A DNA stretch of 64,000 nt, taken from contig CAVWIH010000014.1 of NCBI GenBank assembly GCA_963755025.1, forward strand, positions 352,001-416,000, in the 5' to 3' direction. The notes under the pieces were generated by a model. That model was not told where the DNA came from. It saw nothing but the letters and a program-made list of their open reading frames with translations, and did no database searches. Source of the DNA: an uncultured Actinomycetes bacterium (GTDB lineage: Bacteria > Actinomycetota > Thermoleophilia > UBA2241). This document shows positions 50,570 through 62,928 of this stretch, in pieces; the stretch's first letter is position 1, and every line of letters begins with the position of its first letter. The position numbers were made by a program, and so were the translations under genes.

Positions 50570-53011
50570 ATGGAGCCTATGGGCGATGCAGGACCTGTGG
50601 CCAAGCGCGCAGCCGCGCAAGCGCCGCTCTCGAGCGAGGAGTTGCGCCTGATCGACGGCTACTGGCGCGCGGCCAACTACCTCTCGGTCGGCCAGATCTA
50701 CCTGCTCGACAACCCGCTCCTGCGCGAGCCGCTGCGCCCGGAGCACGTGAAGCCGCATCCTCTCGGTCACTGGGGCACGACTCCCGGGCTCAATCTCGTC
50801 TACGTGCACCTCAACCGGGTGATCCGCAGCTTCGGCCTCGACGCCATGTACGTCTGCGGACCCGGCCACGGCGCCGCCGGCATCGTCGCCAACGTCTACC
50901 TCGAAGGGACCTACAGCGAGGTCTACCCGACGGTCAGCGCCGACGCCGACGGCATGCGCAAGCTCTTCCGCCAGTTCGGCTTTCCGGGCGGCATCCCGAG
51001 CCACGTCGCGCCGGAGACGCCGGGCTCGATCCACGAAGGCGGCGAGCTCGGGTACAGCCTCGCCCACGCCTACGGGGCGGCTTTCGACAATCCCGATCTG
51101 CTGGTCTGCTGCGTCATCGGTGATGGCGAGGCCGAGACGGGCACCCTGGCGGCGAGCTGGCATTCGAACAAGTTCCTCGACCCGGTGCGCGACGGAGCCG
51201 TGCTGCCGGTCCTCCACCTGAACGGCTACAAGATCGCCGGCCCCGCCGTGCTGGCGCGTATCTCGAACGAAGACCTGCGGGACCTGCTGCGCGGCTACGG
51301 GCACGAGCCGTACATCGTGCAAGGCGACGAACCGGCCGCCGTGCACCAGGAGATGGCCGCCGCCCTCGACCGCGCCGTGGAACAGATCCGCGACATCCAG
51401 CGCCGGGCGCGCGAGCGCGACGACCACACGCGTCCCCGCTGGCCGGTGATCGTGCTGCGCACGCCCAAGGGCTGGACAGGGCCCAAGGAGGTGGACGGCC
51501 GGCCGGTCGAAGGCGCCGTGCGAGCCCACCAGGTGCCCATTCCCGACGTACGCGGCGACCATGGTCACCTCGCTCAGCTCGAGGCGTGGCTGCGCGGCTA
51601 TCGGCCCGAGGAGCTCTTCGACGACGACGGCGCCCTCGTCGCCGAGCTCGCCGCGCTACACCCGACCGGCGACCGGCGCATGAGCGCCAACCCCCACGCG
51701 AACGGCGGCGGCTTGCTCAGCGATCTCGTGCTCCCCGATTTCAGGGAGTACGAAGTCGCGCCCGCGGTGCGCGGTCAGACGCGCGCCGAAGCGACAAAGG
51801 TGCTCGGTTCGTACGTGCGAGACCTGCTGGCGGCAAACGGCGCGACCTTCCGCCTGTTCGGTCCCGACGAGACCGCATCGAACCGCCTCTCGGCCGTCTT
51901 TGAGGTCACGAGCCGTACATTCGCGGGTGAGATCCTGCGTGGCGACGACGACCTGGCGCCCGACGGGCGCGTCATGGAGGTGCTCTCGGAGCATCTCTGC
52001 CAGGGGTGGCTCGAAGGCTACCTGCTGACCGGACGTCACGGCCTGCTCGACTGCTACGAGGCCTTCGCCCACATCATCGACGCCATGCTCAACCAGCACA
52101 TCAAGTGGCTGAGAGTGACCCACGCCATCCCCTGGCGACAGCCGATCGCCTCGCTCAACTACCTGCTCTCATCACACGCCTGGGAGCAGGGCCACAACGG
52201 CTTCTCGCACCAGGACCCCGGCTTCATCGATCACGTGATCAGCAAGAAGCTGCGCGACTTCGAAGCCCACGACGACGCTCGGCCCGTCAAAGCCGAGGTC
52301 ATCCGCGTGTTCCTGCCCCCAGACGCGAACACCCTGCTCGTCGTGGTCGACGAGTGCCTGCGCAGCCGCAGCCAGGTGAACGTGGTCGTCGCCGGCAAGA
52401 CGCCGCGCCTGCAATGGCTGTCGATGGACGAGTCCATCCGCCACTGCGCCCGGGGCGCCGGCATCTGGGACTGGGCGAGCACCGACCGGGGCAGCGAGCC
52501 CGACGTGGTGCTCGCCTGCTGCGGCGACGTCCCGACGCTCGAGACGGTCGCCGCCGCCGCCATCTTGCGCGAGCACCTGCCGGACCTCAAGGTGCGTGTG
52601 GTCAACGTCGTCGACCTCATGCGCCTGCAGCCGCAGACCGACCACCCCCACGGCATGTCCGACCACGAGTTCGACGCGCTGTTCACCGAAGACCGGCCCG
52701 TGGTGTTCGCCTACCACGGCTACGCCGGGCTCGTCCATCGCCTTACCTATCGCCGCACCAACCACGGCAACCTGCGGGTGCGCGGCTACAAAGAAGAGGG
52801 CACGACGACGACCCCCTTCGACATGGTCATGCTCAACGACCTGGATCGCTACCACCTGGTCATCGACGTGCTCGACCACGTGCCGGGGCTGGTGTCGCGC
52901 AGCGGCCACCTGCGCCAGGACATGATCGACCAGCGCCTCGCGGCGCGCGCCTACACGCGCGAGCACGGCGAAGACCCGCCCACGGTGCGCGAGTGGACCT
53001 GGCCGTTCTGA
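50570..53011 (+). CDS. xfp: Phosphoketolase (XFP family)
   Basis: [65 protein letters not shown]. Confidence 0.95.
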   Translation: MEPMGDAGPVAKRAAAQAPLSSEELRLIDGYWRAANYLSVGQIYLLDNPLLREPLRPEHVKPHPLGHWGTTPGLNLVYVHLNRVIRSFGLDAMYVCGPGHGAAGIVANVYLEGTYSEVYPTVSADADGMRKLFRQFGFPGGIPSHVAPETPGSIHEGGELGYSLAHAYGAAFDNPDLLVCCVIGDGEAETGTLAASWHSNKFLDPVRDGAVLPVLHLNGYKIAGPAVLARISNEDLRDLLRGYGHEPYIVQGDEPAAVHQEMAAALDRAVEQIRDIQRRARERDDHTRPRWPVIVLRTPKGWTGPKEVDGRPVEGAVRAHQVPIPDVRGDHGHLAQLEAWLRGYRPEELFDDDGALVAELAALHPTGDRRMSANPHANGGGLLSDLVLPDFREYEVAPAVRGQTRAEATKVLGSYVRDLLAANGATFRLFGPDETASNRLSAVFEVTSRTFAGEILRGDDDLAPDGRVMEVLSEHLCQGWLEGYLLTGRHGLLDCYEAFAHIIDAMLNQHIKWLRVTHAIPWRQPIASLNYLLSSHAWEQGHNGFSHQDPGFIDHVISKKLRDFEAHDDARPVKAEVIRVFLPPDANTLLVVVDECLRSRSQVNVVVAGKTPRLQWLSMDESIRHCARGAGIWDWASTDRGSEPDVVLACCGDVPTLETVAAAAILREHLPDLKVRVVNVVDLMRLQPQTDHPHGMSDHEFDALFTEDRPVVFAYHGYAGLVHRLTYRRTNHGNLRVRGYKEEGTTTTPFDMVMLNDLDRYHLVIDVLDHVPGLVSRSGHLRQDMIDQRLAARAYTREHGEDPPTVREWTWPF

Positions 53012-53021
53012 GGCCGCGAGC

Positions 53022-54209
<1,188 letters not shown>

Positions 54210-54257
54210 GTCAGCCTCCTAGACTTCGCGGCCGCGTGCCGGCCGATGAGAACACCA

Positions 54258-55112
54258 TCATTTGCCCATGCCGAGGGTCAGGCCGCGGACCAGGTACCTC
54301 TGGAAGATGAGGTACACGACGATCGCCGGCAGGGCGCTCAGGAACGAGCCGCCGAGCAGGGCCGGGATGCTCGTCGTGCGGCCGGCGGCCAGGGCCGCCA
54401 GACCGACGGTGATCGTGCGCTGCTGCGGATTCTGCAGAAAGAGGAGGCCGACCAGCAGGTCGTCCCAGATCTGGATGAACTGCAGGACCGCCACCGTCGC
54501 CATGGCCGGGATCGACAGGGGGATGGCGATCCGCAGGAACGTGCGGAAATAGCCCAGACCGTCGATGACGGCCGCCTCGATGAGCTCGTCGGAGATGCCC
54601 CGGTAATGCGTCGCCATGAGGAAGGTGGCGAACGGCGTGCCCAGCGCCGCGTATACCAGGATCGCTCCGGCGTAGCTATTGACGAGACCGAACCTGCCGA
54701 GGTTCACGTATTCCGGGATGATGATCGACTGCAGCGGCACCATCATCGCCGCGACGACCGCGAGAAACACCATCTCACTGCCGCGGTAGCGCAGTTTCGC
54801 AAAGGCAAAGCCGGCGGTCGTGCTGACGAAGAGGATGATGAGGATGGCGACGAAGCAGATCAGCGTGGAGTTCAGCAGCTCGCGCGCCACGGGCAGGTCG
54901 TTGAAGAGCCTGGCCCAGCTGCTCGCCGAGTGCCCGCTCTGCTGGTCGAACTGGGCAGCGGTGCGGAACGCGTTGTTGAGCATGTAGTAGAAGGGGTAGA
55001 GCATGACGACGGCAACGCCGATCATGACGGCGAACAACGCGATCCGCGTCGCTCTGCGGCGCGCGCGTGCGCCCGTCGCCACGGGCCGGCGGACCGTCGT
55101 TTCGACGCTCAC
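54258..55112 (-). CDS. Carbohydrate ABC permease (MalG-like)
   Basis: AGFAFAKLRY, ELIEAAVIDG, WDDLL. Confidence 0.88.
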   Translation of the reverse strand: MSVETTVRRPVATGARARRRATRIALFAVMIGVAVVMLYPFYYMLNNAFRTAAQFDQQSGHSASSWARLFNDLPVARELLNSTLICFVAILIILFVSTTAGFAFAKLRYRGSEMVFLAVVAAMMVPLQSIIIPEYVNLGRFGLVNSYAGAILVYAALGTPFATFLMATHYRGISDELIEAAVIDGLGYFRTFLRIAIPLSIPAMATVAVLQFIQIWDDLLVGLLFLQNPQQRTITVGLAALAAGRTTSIPALLGGSFLSALPAIVVYLIFQRYLVRGLTLGMGK

Positions 55113-56050
55113 GAGCCGCCCCCGTCGTCGGGCCGGATCACCTTCAGCTGCACGAGCCCGACGGTGAGCATGATCACGAACAGGATGATGCCGTACAGCG
55201 CGGCGGTCCCGAACTCGCCGAGCGAGAACGCCGACTGGTAGACGAAGAACTCCAGGGTCGTCGTGCCGTAGCCGGGGCCGCCGTTGGTCATGACGAAGAT
55301 GAGGCTGAAGAGCGCCGAGAAGCAGCTGATCACCGTGATCACGAACGAGAACTGCACGAAACGCCGCAGGAGCGGCAGCGTCACGTGAACGAAGATCTGG
55401 CGGCTGTTCAGGCCGTCGACGCGCGCCGCCTCGAGCAGCGACGGATCGAGGGTCGCCATGCCGGTCAGGAAGATGATCGTGTTGGTGCCGATCATCGACC
55501 AGACGAACGTCAGGGCGAGGGCAAGCAGGGCGGTGTTCTGACTCGCCAACATGTCGGTCCGGTGGGCGCCCAGGCCGATGATGCCGAGCAGCCGGTTCAG
55601 GAGCCCGTTGTAGGCGAAGAACTGCACGGCGACGACGCCGATCACGACCCACGAGATCGCCGTCGGCAAGAAGTAGATGGAGCGGAAGATCTTCCAGCCG
55701 CGGACGTGCTCGTTCAGGAGCGTCGCGATGATGAGCGGTATGCCTATGGCGAACGGCACCGAGAGCAGCAGGAGCGCGTTGTTCTCGATCACTCGCCAGA
55801 AGGTCGGGTCGCGCAGGGCGTCGAGGTAGGCGCGCGGGCCGATCCAGGTCGACGTGATGCCGTTCCAGTCGGTCATCGAGTAGTAGATGGCCTGCCCGAT
55901 GGGGATCACGAGCAGGACCCCGACCACGACGACGGCCGGGACCGACATGAGCATGCCCGCCCTGTGCTTGCGGCGGACCAGGGGGTTGGTGCTGCGGCGC
56001 CGGCGTGAAGGAGCGCTCGCCTTTGTCGTGCGTGCTACTTCGATCGACAC
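55109..56050 (-). CDS. Carbohydrate ABC permease (MalF-like)
   Basis: SIYFLP, LLEAARVDG, MTNGGPGYGT. Confidence 0.88.
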   Translation of the reverse strand: MSIEVARTTKASAPSRRRRSTNPLVRRKHRAGMLMSVPAVVVVGVLLVIPIGQAIYYSMTDWNGITSTWIGPRAYLDALRDPTFWRVIENNALLLLSVPFAIGIPLIIATLLNEHVRGWKIFRSIYFLPTAISWVVIGVVAVQFFAYNGLLNRLLGIIGLGAHRTDMLASQNTALLALALTFVWSMIGTNTIIFLTGMATLDPSLLEAARVDGLNSRQIFVHVTLPLLRRFVQFSFVITVISCFSALFSLIFVMTNGGPGYGTTTLEFFVYQSAFSLGEFGTAALYGIILFVIMLTVGLVQLKVIRPDDGGGS

Positions 56051-56080
56051 CTCCGCTACCGCCTGCTCGGCCTAAGGGTC

Positions 56081-56122
56081 GGCTCGTCGCGGCGGCCCCA
56101 CCTGCGGCCGCCGCGACGAGCC
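56081..56122 (-). terminator. 17-bp hairpin after the SBP gene (mRNA stabiliser or partial terminator)
   Basis: GGCTCGTCGCGGCGGCC-N8-GGCCGCCGCGACGAGCC. Confidence 0.65.
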
Positions 56123-56150
56123 TTTAGCGCGCTAGACAACTAGCTACCTG

Positions 56151-57455
56151 TCAGTAAGAGCTGCCTCGCTGACTGGCCGGCAGCTGCTGCAAGGCGTTCT
56201 GCATCGCCTGCAGCGCCGCCTTGGGGGAGATGGTCCCGTTCAGGACGGAAGGCAGTTCCTTGTTGCCGACGCTCACGATCGACGGCTGGATGACGTTGTC
56301 GATCATGGGATAGACGGTCATCTTCTGCTTGGTGGCGAAATCGAGCATCTGCTGGTTGACGGGGTTCGTGGTCGTGGTGCCCTTGATGGCCGGGATCAGA
56401 CCCGCCGCATTGATGATGGCGGCGGCCTGAGGCGTGGTCATGAAGTCGAGGAACGCCATGTCTTCGGCCTGGTTCTTAGAGTAGGTCATGGCGGAGATGC
56501 CGTCGCCCGCGAAGTCGACGACGCCCTTGACCGGCGTGGGAGTGAACGGCGGCACGAAGGCCGCGACCTTCGAGCCGAGCGCGTCGGTGAACTTCTGGGT
56601 GTCCCAGGTGCCGTCCATGATCATCGCGGCCTTGCCGGTCTCGAAATCGCCGAGGTTGTCGGTCTTGGTGATGACGTCGGGGTTGGTGTAGCCCAGCTTG
56701 TGAAGCTGCGCCCACATCGCCAGCTGCGACTGGTTCGCCGACGCCGTCCACGGGATGGTCCCGTTGTAGAGTCCGAGCCACTGGTCGACGGGGTAGTTGC
56801 CGATCATCATGTAGCTGAGATCGTAGTAGGGGTAGAAGGTGGCCGTCAGCGGCTGGCCGCCGTTGCCGTACGTGAACGGCGTGTAGCCGGCCGCCTTGAG
56901 CTTCTTGCACGCCGCCAGGAGCTGGCTCCAGTCGGTCGGCACCGAGGTGACTCCGGCCTTGGCGAAGGCGGCCTTGTTGTAGAAGCCTATGTAGAACTGC
57001 GTCTCGAGCGGCATCACGTAGGGGCCGTTGGCGGGGTTGAACCCGTCACTCGTCCATTTGAGGGCGTCGGGCTCGATGCGCGCGAGGTCGGCCGCCGGCA
57101 CCTTCCCCTTCATGTTCACCAGGAAGCTCTTGTACTGCAGCGTGAAGAGGCCGGTCCACATGACGGCGAGGTCGGGGCCGGTCTTCGAGATCGCGGCGGC
57201 CTGCAGGAGGGCGAAGTAGTTGTCCGCCGGCTGGCTGACGATCTTGATGGTGACGTTCGGGTGGAGCTTCTCGAAGGCCGTGGCGAGGTTCTGCAGCGCC
57301 GTGGCGTTCTGCTCGGTGCCGTAGTTGTGCCAGATCGTCAGGGTCGTCTTGGCCGTACCTGGGCTGGCGGTAGAGCCTGAGCTCGAGTTGCTCCCGCAAC
57401 CCACCACGACCACGGCCATGATCGCCACGGTCACAAAGAGTAGACACCGTTTCAT
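56151..57455 (-). CDS. Carbohydrate ABC substrate-binding lipoprotein
   Basis: MKRCLLF...VVGC lipobox; FEKLHPNVTI, FYNKAAF, FETGKAAM. Confidence 0.88.
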   Translation of the reverse strand: MKRCLLFVTVAIMAVVVVGCGSNSSSGSTASPGTAKTTLTIWHNYGTEQNATALQNLATAFEKLHPNVTIKIVSQPADNYFALLQAAAISKTGPDLAVMWTGLFTLQYKSFLVNMKGKVPAADLARIEPDALKWTSDGFNPANGPYVMPLETQFYIGFYNKAAFAKAGVTSVPTDWSQLLAACKKLKAAGYTPFTYGNGGQPLTATFYPYYDLSYMMIGNYPVDQWLGLYNGTIPWTASANQSQLAMWAQLHKLGYTNPDVITKTDNLGDFETGKAAMIMDGTWDTQKFTDALGSKVAAFVPPFTPTPVKGVVDFAGDGISAMTYSKNQAEDMAFLDFMTTPQAAAIINAAGLIPAIKGTTTTNPVNQQMLDFATKQKMTVYPMIDNVIQPSIVSVGNKELPSVLNGTISPKAALQAMQNALQQLPASQRGSSY

Positions 57456-57666
57456 GCGGCCCCCTTTCGCCGGTTTCTCCCCGTGCGCCTGCGCCGGTCG
57501 GCGCACCCCGTGCACGCAGGGATCGACCCCATAATTGAACGCCCGATCGAGCGCGTGCAACTGTTTGCCCCCCGCGCGGCTCCGCCGGAACCGTTCGGCT
57601 GCCCAAGCCGGCAAGCCTTTGAAGGCGACTCGGCCTCATCTGATGCCGGGCCGCCCCCTCGCGCGA

Positions 57667-58640
57667 CTACCGTCCCGCCTCCCACGTAGGGTCCCAGGCG
57701 TCGCCGCTCACGACCGGCAAGGCAAACCCGACCTGCCGTGCGAACGGCTCCAGCACGCCTGCGATCGCGTCGTCGTCGGTCGACGGGCGCGCCGGGCAAG
57801 CGAACACGGACCATTCCTCAGCGTGCGAGATGGTCTTCCCAGGCGCCACCGACTGCAGCGGAGAGAGCGATTCGATGTCGATCCCCCAGCCGGCCGTGTA
57901 GGCCTCTGCGCTGCATCCCCCGTCCGGGTACGGCGCCCCCGGTTCGTGCCTGAACCGCTTCACCAGGCAGCAGCCGTTGTTGAGGTAGGCCAGCCAACCC
58001 GCCTCGTTGGCGTACCCCAGCTTGAACGCGGCGTCGTTGGCCGCATCGTGGTCGAGCACGACGTACCGCTGCCCCCAGTGCACTCGAGGGTCGTCCAGGC
58101 GCGCATACGACCAGAGCGCGTAGTGGGCGTTGGGCAGCAGTCCGGCGTTCCGCTGGACGACGGGCAGGATCAACCGGCCGTTGGGCGCGCCGAGGAACAA
58201 CGACCAGACCGCCATCTCGATCGGCCAGGCGCCCTTGTTGGTGAGGCTGCTCGTGACGGCGATCGACCCCGCCCCAAAGCGCACCTCGATCGACTTTGCG
58301 ATGTGAGTCCACGGCTCCTCCGCCTGCACGAGCAGCACGCCATCGTCCAGAGCTCGTAGCGTTCGAGGGGATGGTCGTCGGTGGCGTAGCTCCTCGGGAA
58401 GGCCTCGGGGCTGTGCCAGACCCGATGCCCGCCGAGGTAGCGGTAGACCGAGCCGTCGGGCAGGTCCTCTTTGAGGCCGCACTCGTCTGCGAACATGTTC
58501 GGCCCGCCCGGCAGAGAGACGTGCATGATGCGGGGCCCCACGTCCAGCGTGACGATCGCTTCGAGCGACCCGGAGGACAGCCGCAGGGCGCGCCCGTAGC
58601 TCAGGTACCGTTCGATCTCTGCGCATGCCATGGCGCTCAT
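57667..58640 (-). CDS. Hypothetical protein (mutarotase-like beta fold suspected); apparent frameshift near 58340
   Basis: VTLDVGPRIM...GGHRVWHSPE in one frame; YPDGGCSAE...ESLSPL...HAEEW in the next. Confidence 0.65.
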
Positions 58641-58668
58641 CGCACCCCTCCCTTCGCCCGGACCGCCG

Positions 58669-59163
58669 TCACTCGCCGACGATCTGGACCCGCACCGTGC
58701 GCTCCCGCGTGCGTGTCTGGTCGAAATCGGCGAAGTAGAACCTGCCGAAATCGCCGAGCATCATGGCGCCGTCCACGACCGGCACGCTCTGGGACCGCCC
58801 GAGGAGCACCGACCGCAGGTGGGCGTCGGTGTTGAGCGACCAGGACGGCAGCTCGTCACGGCCCCTTGCGGCCTCGATATGCAGGGGGCCGGGATGGTGG
58901 TACTGCCCCTGCGTGCGGCAGGTGGGAGCAAGGCCGTCGAGAATCGTCACGAGGTCCTGCATGAGCAACTCAGTGCCCCAGTAGTCGACGTCGTCAGACG
59001 CCTCCTGGATCAGCACGCTGCAGGTCGTGTGCTGCGAGAAGACCATCAGGATGCCGTTCCTGATGCCCGAGCCGGCAAGCACCTCCTCGACCTGTGGGGT
59101 CACGTCGTCGAATGTCGGACGTCTGTCCGACTGCACGGTGAACGTGCCGTGATGAACCGCCAT
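58669..59163 (-). CDS. YjbQ (UPF0047) family protein
   Basis: FSQHTTCSVLIQE, NTDAHLRS, FADFD. Confidence 0.85.
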   Translation of the reverse strand: MAVHHGTFTVQSDRRPTFDDVTPQVEEVLAGSGIRNGILMVFSQHTTCSVLIQEASDDVDYWGTELLMQDLVTILDGLAPTCRTQGQYHHPGPLHIEAARGRDELPSWSLNTDAHLRSVLLGRSQSVPVVDGAMMLGDFGRFYFADFDQTRTRERTVRVQIVGE

Positions 59164-59173
59164 CCTGCCTCCC

Positions 59174-59879
59174 TCAGTGGATGCTGTCCCAGGACTCACG
59201 CATCGCCTTGATCATCGACTCGAGCATCGCCGCGGGGTCGGGCGCCGTGAAGACCGCGCTGCTCGACCCGGCCCCCTGCGCTCCGGCGGCGGTCACGTCG
59301 TAGACGTCTTGCGGGCCGCTGATGCCCGCGCCGTGGAGCACGCGCACGGCCGGATCGACGCTCCAGATGGCCTCGTTGGCCGCGGCGATCGCCGAGCCGC
59401 TGCCTTCGCCGCGCCGCCCGCCGGCGATGAGCTCGGGCGCCTCCACGATGATGATGTCGGGCGACAGAGCGGCTACGGCGACCGCGTCGGGCACGTCGTC
59501 GGCGCAGACCATCGTGGCGAGTCCCACCTCGTGGGCGCGCCGCCATCGTCTCGACGAGCTCGGTACGCGTGAGGCGTCGCTCGACGTGGTTCAGCAGGAC
59601 GCCCTCGGCGCCGGCCGCCTTGACCGCTTCGGGCAGGACCGAACCGACGCCGCGGCCGGGATGCAGCGGGTCCATGTGTTGCGCGAAGACCAGAAGCCGG
59701 TCGACCGCCCGGGCGATGACGGGGATGTCGACGTATTGGGGAGTGACGATGATCTGCACGTCGTAGCTGCGGCTCAGCACGTCTGCGCGCTTGGCGAGCT
59801 CGAGCAGCCCCGCCCCGTAGGAATAGGCCTTCGGGCCGATCTCGAAGAACGGCGGCGTGATCTCAAGCTCGGGACGCAT
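59174..59879 (-). CDS. Triosephosphate-isomerase-family protein (short archaeal-like type); apparent frameshift near 59535
   Basis: IGPKAY, FAQHMD, LLNHVER, then VEAPELI, LHGAGIS, GSSSA. Confidence 0.8.
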
Positions 59880-59944
59880 CGCGGATCTCCTCGCTGGCCG
59901 CTGCGACTGTGGGCCGGACTGAAGCGGGTGGCGCCGTGCTCACC

Positions 59945-61333
59945 TCAGACGACCACCGCTTCGATCTGCAGCATGCGAGCCAGCGCGAGCAGCTGAGCCG
60001 TCCAGCTACCCTGGGCCGCCGCCATGTGGTGCCCCGCGCCCGCCTTGCACCACGCCGTGCACCAGTCGGCGATCTCGAGGGCGCCGTGGCGGAACAGCGT
60101 CTGGGGCGCCGACACCGGGCGCGGCGGGTAGGTCAGGAACTCGCCCTCGGAGATCACGAACCGCCAGCGCCCCTCGCCCATCGGGACCAGCGCCAGGTTC
60201 GTCACCGGCCCGGGCCGGTACGCGAACTCAAACCCGGCGCCGAACCCGTGTACTCCCGTGTAGTAGATCGAGTGCTTGATCTTGGCGGTCCCGGGCTCCG
60301 CCAGGGCGGGGTTGCCGTGGCCGTCGTGCGAGAAGACGACGGCGTTGTTGTCGAAGTCGATGACGTAGTTCTCGACCGTCGTCGACTGGCCGGCGAGCTC
60401 CTGAAGGGCGAGCTGGGCGACGCCGCAGCTCACGTCGCCTTCCGGCGCGGCCGGGATGCCGATCGCGCACAGCCGTCCGGTCGCGTACGAGGGGATGATG
60501 CCGATCCGGGGATCGCTCAGCCAGATCTGGTCGAGGGCGGTGAAGACGTCGAAGTGCTGCTCTTTTGTGACCGACTCCAGGGCCAGCGCGAGGCGCACCG
60601 AGCGCTCGAAGAGCGCGGGCTCCATGTCGACGGTGTAGGCCGCCCTCTCCGCCGCGGCGAGCGCATCGACCTCGGCCTGGGGGATCTCGCCGAACCGGAC
60701 CGCGATCTTCTCGGGTTCCAGCGGCCACACGATCGGTCCGAGCTTCTGGCGAAAGGAGAGGCCGTCGATCATGAGGTCGGTCATGCCCTCGAAGGGGTGC
60801 CCGACAAGGCCGACCCGGGCGTTGCGCAGCCGGCGCCGCACGGCGGCGGCCTGGACGATCTCGTGGACGCGGCGTCTGCCCGACTCGTCGTCCCACTGCG
60901 AGGTGACCATCTCGAACTCGCGCCCGGTGCGCAGCAGGACGGCGGTGAGCTCCGGCATGCCGGCCATGCCCGAGTTGAGCATGATCACGTCGAAGTCGTC
61001 GTCTTCGCCGAACCTGCGGATCTTCTGCGTGTTCCACACGAGGACCGGGGCGGTCGTGTCGATGAAGCAGCGGGCCGGGACGGCGCCCTTCGTGTAGGCA
61101 AGCTCCGTGGCGACGATGATGTCGACGTCCTCGGCGTTGAACAGGCGGGCTGCCGCGGCCGCCTGCTCTTCCTCTTCGACGAGCCCCGGGTGGACGACGT
61201 CGCCAAAGGCGGCGAACACGTCGGCGATCTCTCGCGCGGCGGCGGTCGCCGCGGGCCGCATGTGCGCGGTCTTGTTGTAGTCGTCCTCGAGCAGAGCCAT
61301 GACCAGGACCCCGATCTTCGGCTTCACGGCCAC
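59945..61333 (-). CDS. L-arabinose/L-fucose isomerase family protein
   Basis: PFEGMTD, APEGDV, FSHDGH, AGAGHHMA. Confidence 0.75.
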   Translation of the reverse strand: MAVKPKIGVLVMALLEDDYNKTAHMRPAATAAAREIADVFAAFGDVVHPGLVEEEEQAAAAARLFNAEDVDIIVATELAYTKGAVPARCFIDTTAPVLVWNTQKIRRFGEDDDFDVIMLNSGMAGMPELTAVLLRTGREFEMVTSQWDDESGRRRVHEIVQAAAVRRRLRNARVGLVGHPFEGMTDLMIDGLSFRQKLGPIVWPLEPEKIAVRFGEIPQAEVDALAAAERAAYTVDMEPALFERSVRLALALESVTKEQHFDVFTALDQIWLSDPRIGIIPSYATGRLCAIGIPAAPEGDVSCGVAQLALQELAGQSTTVENYVIDFDNNAVVFSHDGHGNPALAEPGTAKIKHSIYYTGVHGFGAGFEFAYRPGPVTNLALVPMGEGRWRFVISEGEFLTYPPRPVSAPQTLFRHGALEIADWCTAWCKAGAGHHMAAAQGSWTAQLLALARMLQIEAVVV

Positions 61334-61384
61334 CGTGTCACCTCCGGTTTCGTGTGTTGACGTGCCGGCGCCCTTCGCACTGTG

Positions 61385-62911
61385 TCAGGTCGCCCCCGCG
61401 TCCGAGTACATCGGCCGGAGCGCCTCGAAGAGCTGGATGTAGCGAGCGTATGCCGCGTCGTAGGCTTGATGGGCCGCGGGATCGGGCGGGTACCGCTCGC
61501 CGATCCTCACCATGGCCGCCGCGGCGGCTGCCAGGTCGGGGTAGACGCCGGCGGCGACGCCGGCCAGCATGGCGTCGCCGCGAATGGCCGCGTCCTCTCC
61601 CTGAAGGGTGACCACGGGCAGCCCGCAGACATCGGCCTTGATCTGGTTCCAGAGCGCGCTGCGGGCGCCGCCGCCGTGCGAGCGTATCTCGCGCGCCTGC
61701 GCGCCCGCGCCGGCCAGAAGCTCAAGGTTGCGCCGCAGCATGAAGGCGACGGCCTCGAGGACGGCCCGCACGAAGTGCGCCTTGCCGTGGTGCAGGGTGA
61801 ACCCGTAAAACGCTCCGCGTGCACCTGGTTCGTACTCCGGGCTGAAGGCGCCCATGAGGTGGGGCAGCATGATCAGGCCGTCGGCCCCCGGAGCGATCGG
61901 GGCGGCGAGCGCGGTCAGCAGGTCGTAGGCGCTGCCGTTCTCGCGCTCCGCGCGCGCCACCTCGTCTGCGCCGAACTGGTTGCGAAACCAGGTGAGCGTC
62001 ATGCCCCCGGTCGGGCAGACCGGGCAGTAGAGGTACCGGTCGCGCGCCGAGTGGATGTAGACGGGCGTCTGGCGCGTCGGGTCGCCGCCGTGGCGGTCGA
62101 CCGAAGCCTGCAGGGTCAGGGCCCCGCCGCTGCTCTCCGAGACGACGTCGGGGCCGACGTTGCCCACGCCGACCGCGCCGGCGCACTGGTCCATCCCGCC
62201 GGCCACGACGAGCGCTCGGGCAGGCAGGCCGAGCGCTGCGGCGGCCCGCGGCGCGAGCGCGCCGACGACGGCGCCGGGCGCGACCGGCTCGGCCAGCCGG
62301 TCCTGATCGATGCCCACGACCTCGAGCATGGGTTCCCACCAGCGCCGCTCGACGATGTCGTAGAGGAGCGAGCTGCAGGCGACGCCGCCCTCGGTGACGA
62401 AACGGCCGGTCAGGTGGTGCAGGACGAAGTCCTCGACGAAGAGGAACCGCGCCGCCCGGCCGAACACGTCGGGCTCGTGGCGACGCCACCAGAGGATCTT
62501 GCAGGCGGTCCAGGTCGGAATGACGGAGGGCACCCCCGTGACTCCGTAGACCGTCGCGTCGTCGAAACGCCGGGCGATCTCTTGCGCCTCGTCGGTGGCC
62601 CGGTTGTCGAGCCACACGAGCGCCGGGGCCAGCGGGCGGCCCTGCTCGTCGACCGCGACCACGGTCTCTCCCTGGCTCGACACGGCGATCGCCGCGACGG
62701 CGTCGGGGTCGGCCCCAGGTACGGCCAGCACCCTGCGGATCGCGGCCTGGGTCGCGCTCCAGTAGACGCCGGGGTCGAGCTCGGCACGGTCGGGCCCGGG
62801 GTGGTCGAGCCGGTATTCCTCGGCGGCCGAACCGAGCAGCCGACCCGAGGGGTCGTAGAGCCCGGCCTTGACCGAGGTCGTCCCGATGTCCAGCCCTATG
62901 AGGAGGCTCAT
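61385..62911 (-). CDS. FGGY-family carbohydrate kinase (xylulokinase-like)
   Basis: IGLDIGTTSVKA, WLDNRA, GGMDQ, GGGARSALWNQIKAD. Confidence 0.9.
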   Translation of the reverse strand: MSLLIGLDIGTTSVKAGLYDPSGRLLGSAAEEYRLDHPGPDRAELDPGVYWSATQAAIRRVLAVPGADPDAVAAIAVSSQGETVVAVDEQGRPLAPALVWLDNRATDEAQEIARRFDDATVYGVTGVPSVIPTWTACKILWWRRHEPDVFGRAARFLFVEDFVLHHLTGRFVTEGGVACSSLLYDIVERRWWEPMLEVVGIDQDRLAEPVAPGAVVGALAPRAAAALGLPARALVVAGGMDQCAGAVGVGNVGPDVVSESSGGALTLQASVDRHGGDPTRQTPVYIHSARDRYLYCPVCPTGGMTLTWFRNQFGADEVARAERENGSAYDLLTALAAPIAPGADGLIMLPHLMGAFSPEYEPGARGAFYGFTLHHGKAHFVRAVLEAVAFMLRRNLELLAGAGAQAREIRSHGGGARSALWNQIKADVCGLPVVTLQGEDAAIRGDAMLAGVAAGVYPDLAAAAAAMVRIGERYPPDPAAHQAYDAAYARYIQLFEALRPMYSDAGAT

Positions 62912-62928
62912 CTGGAGACCGTCGACGA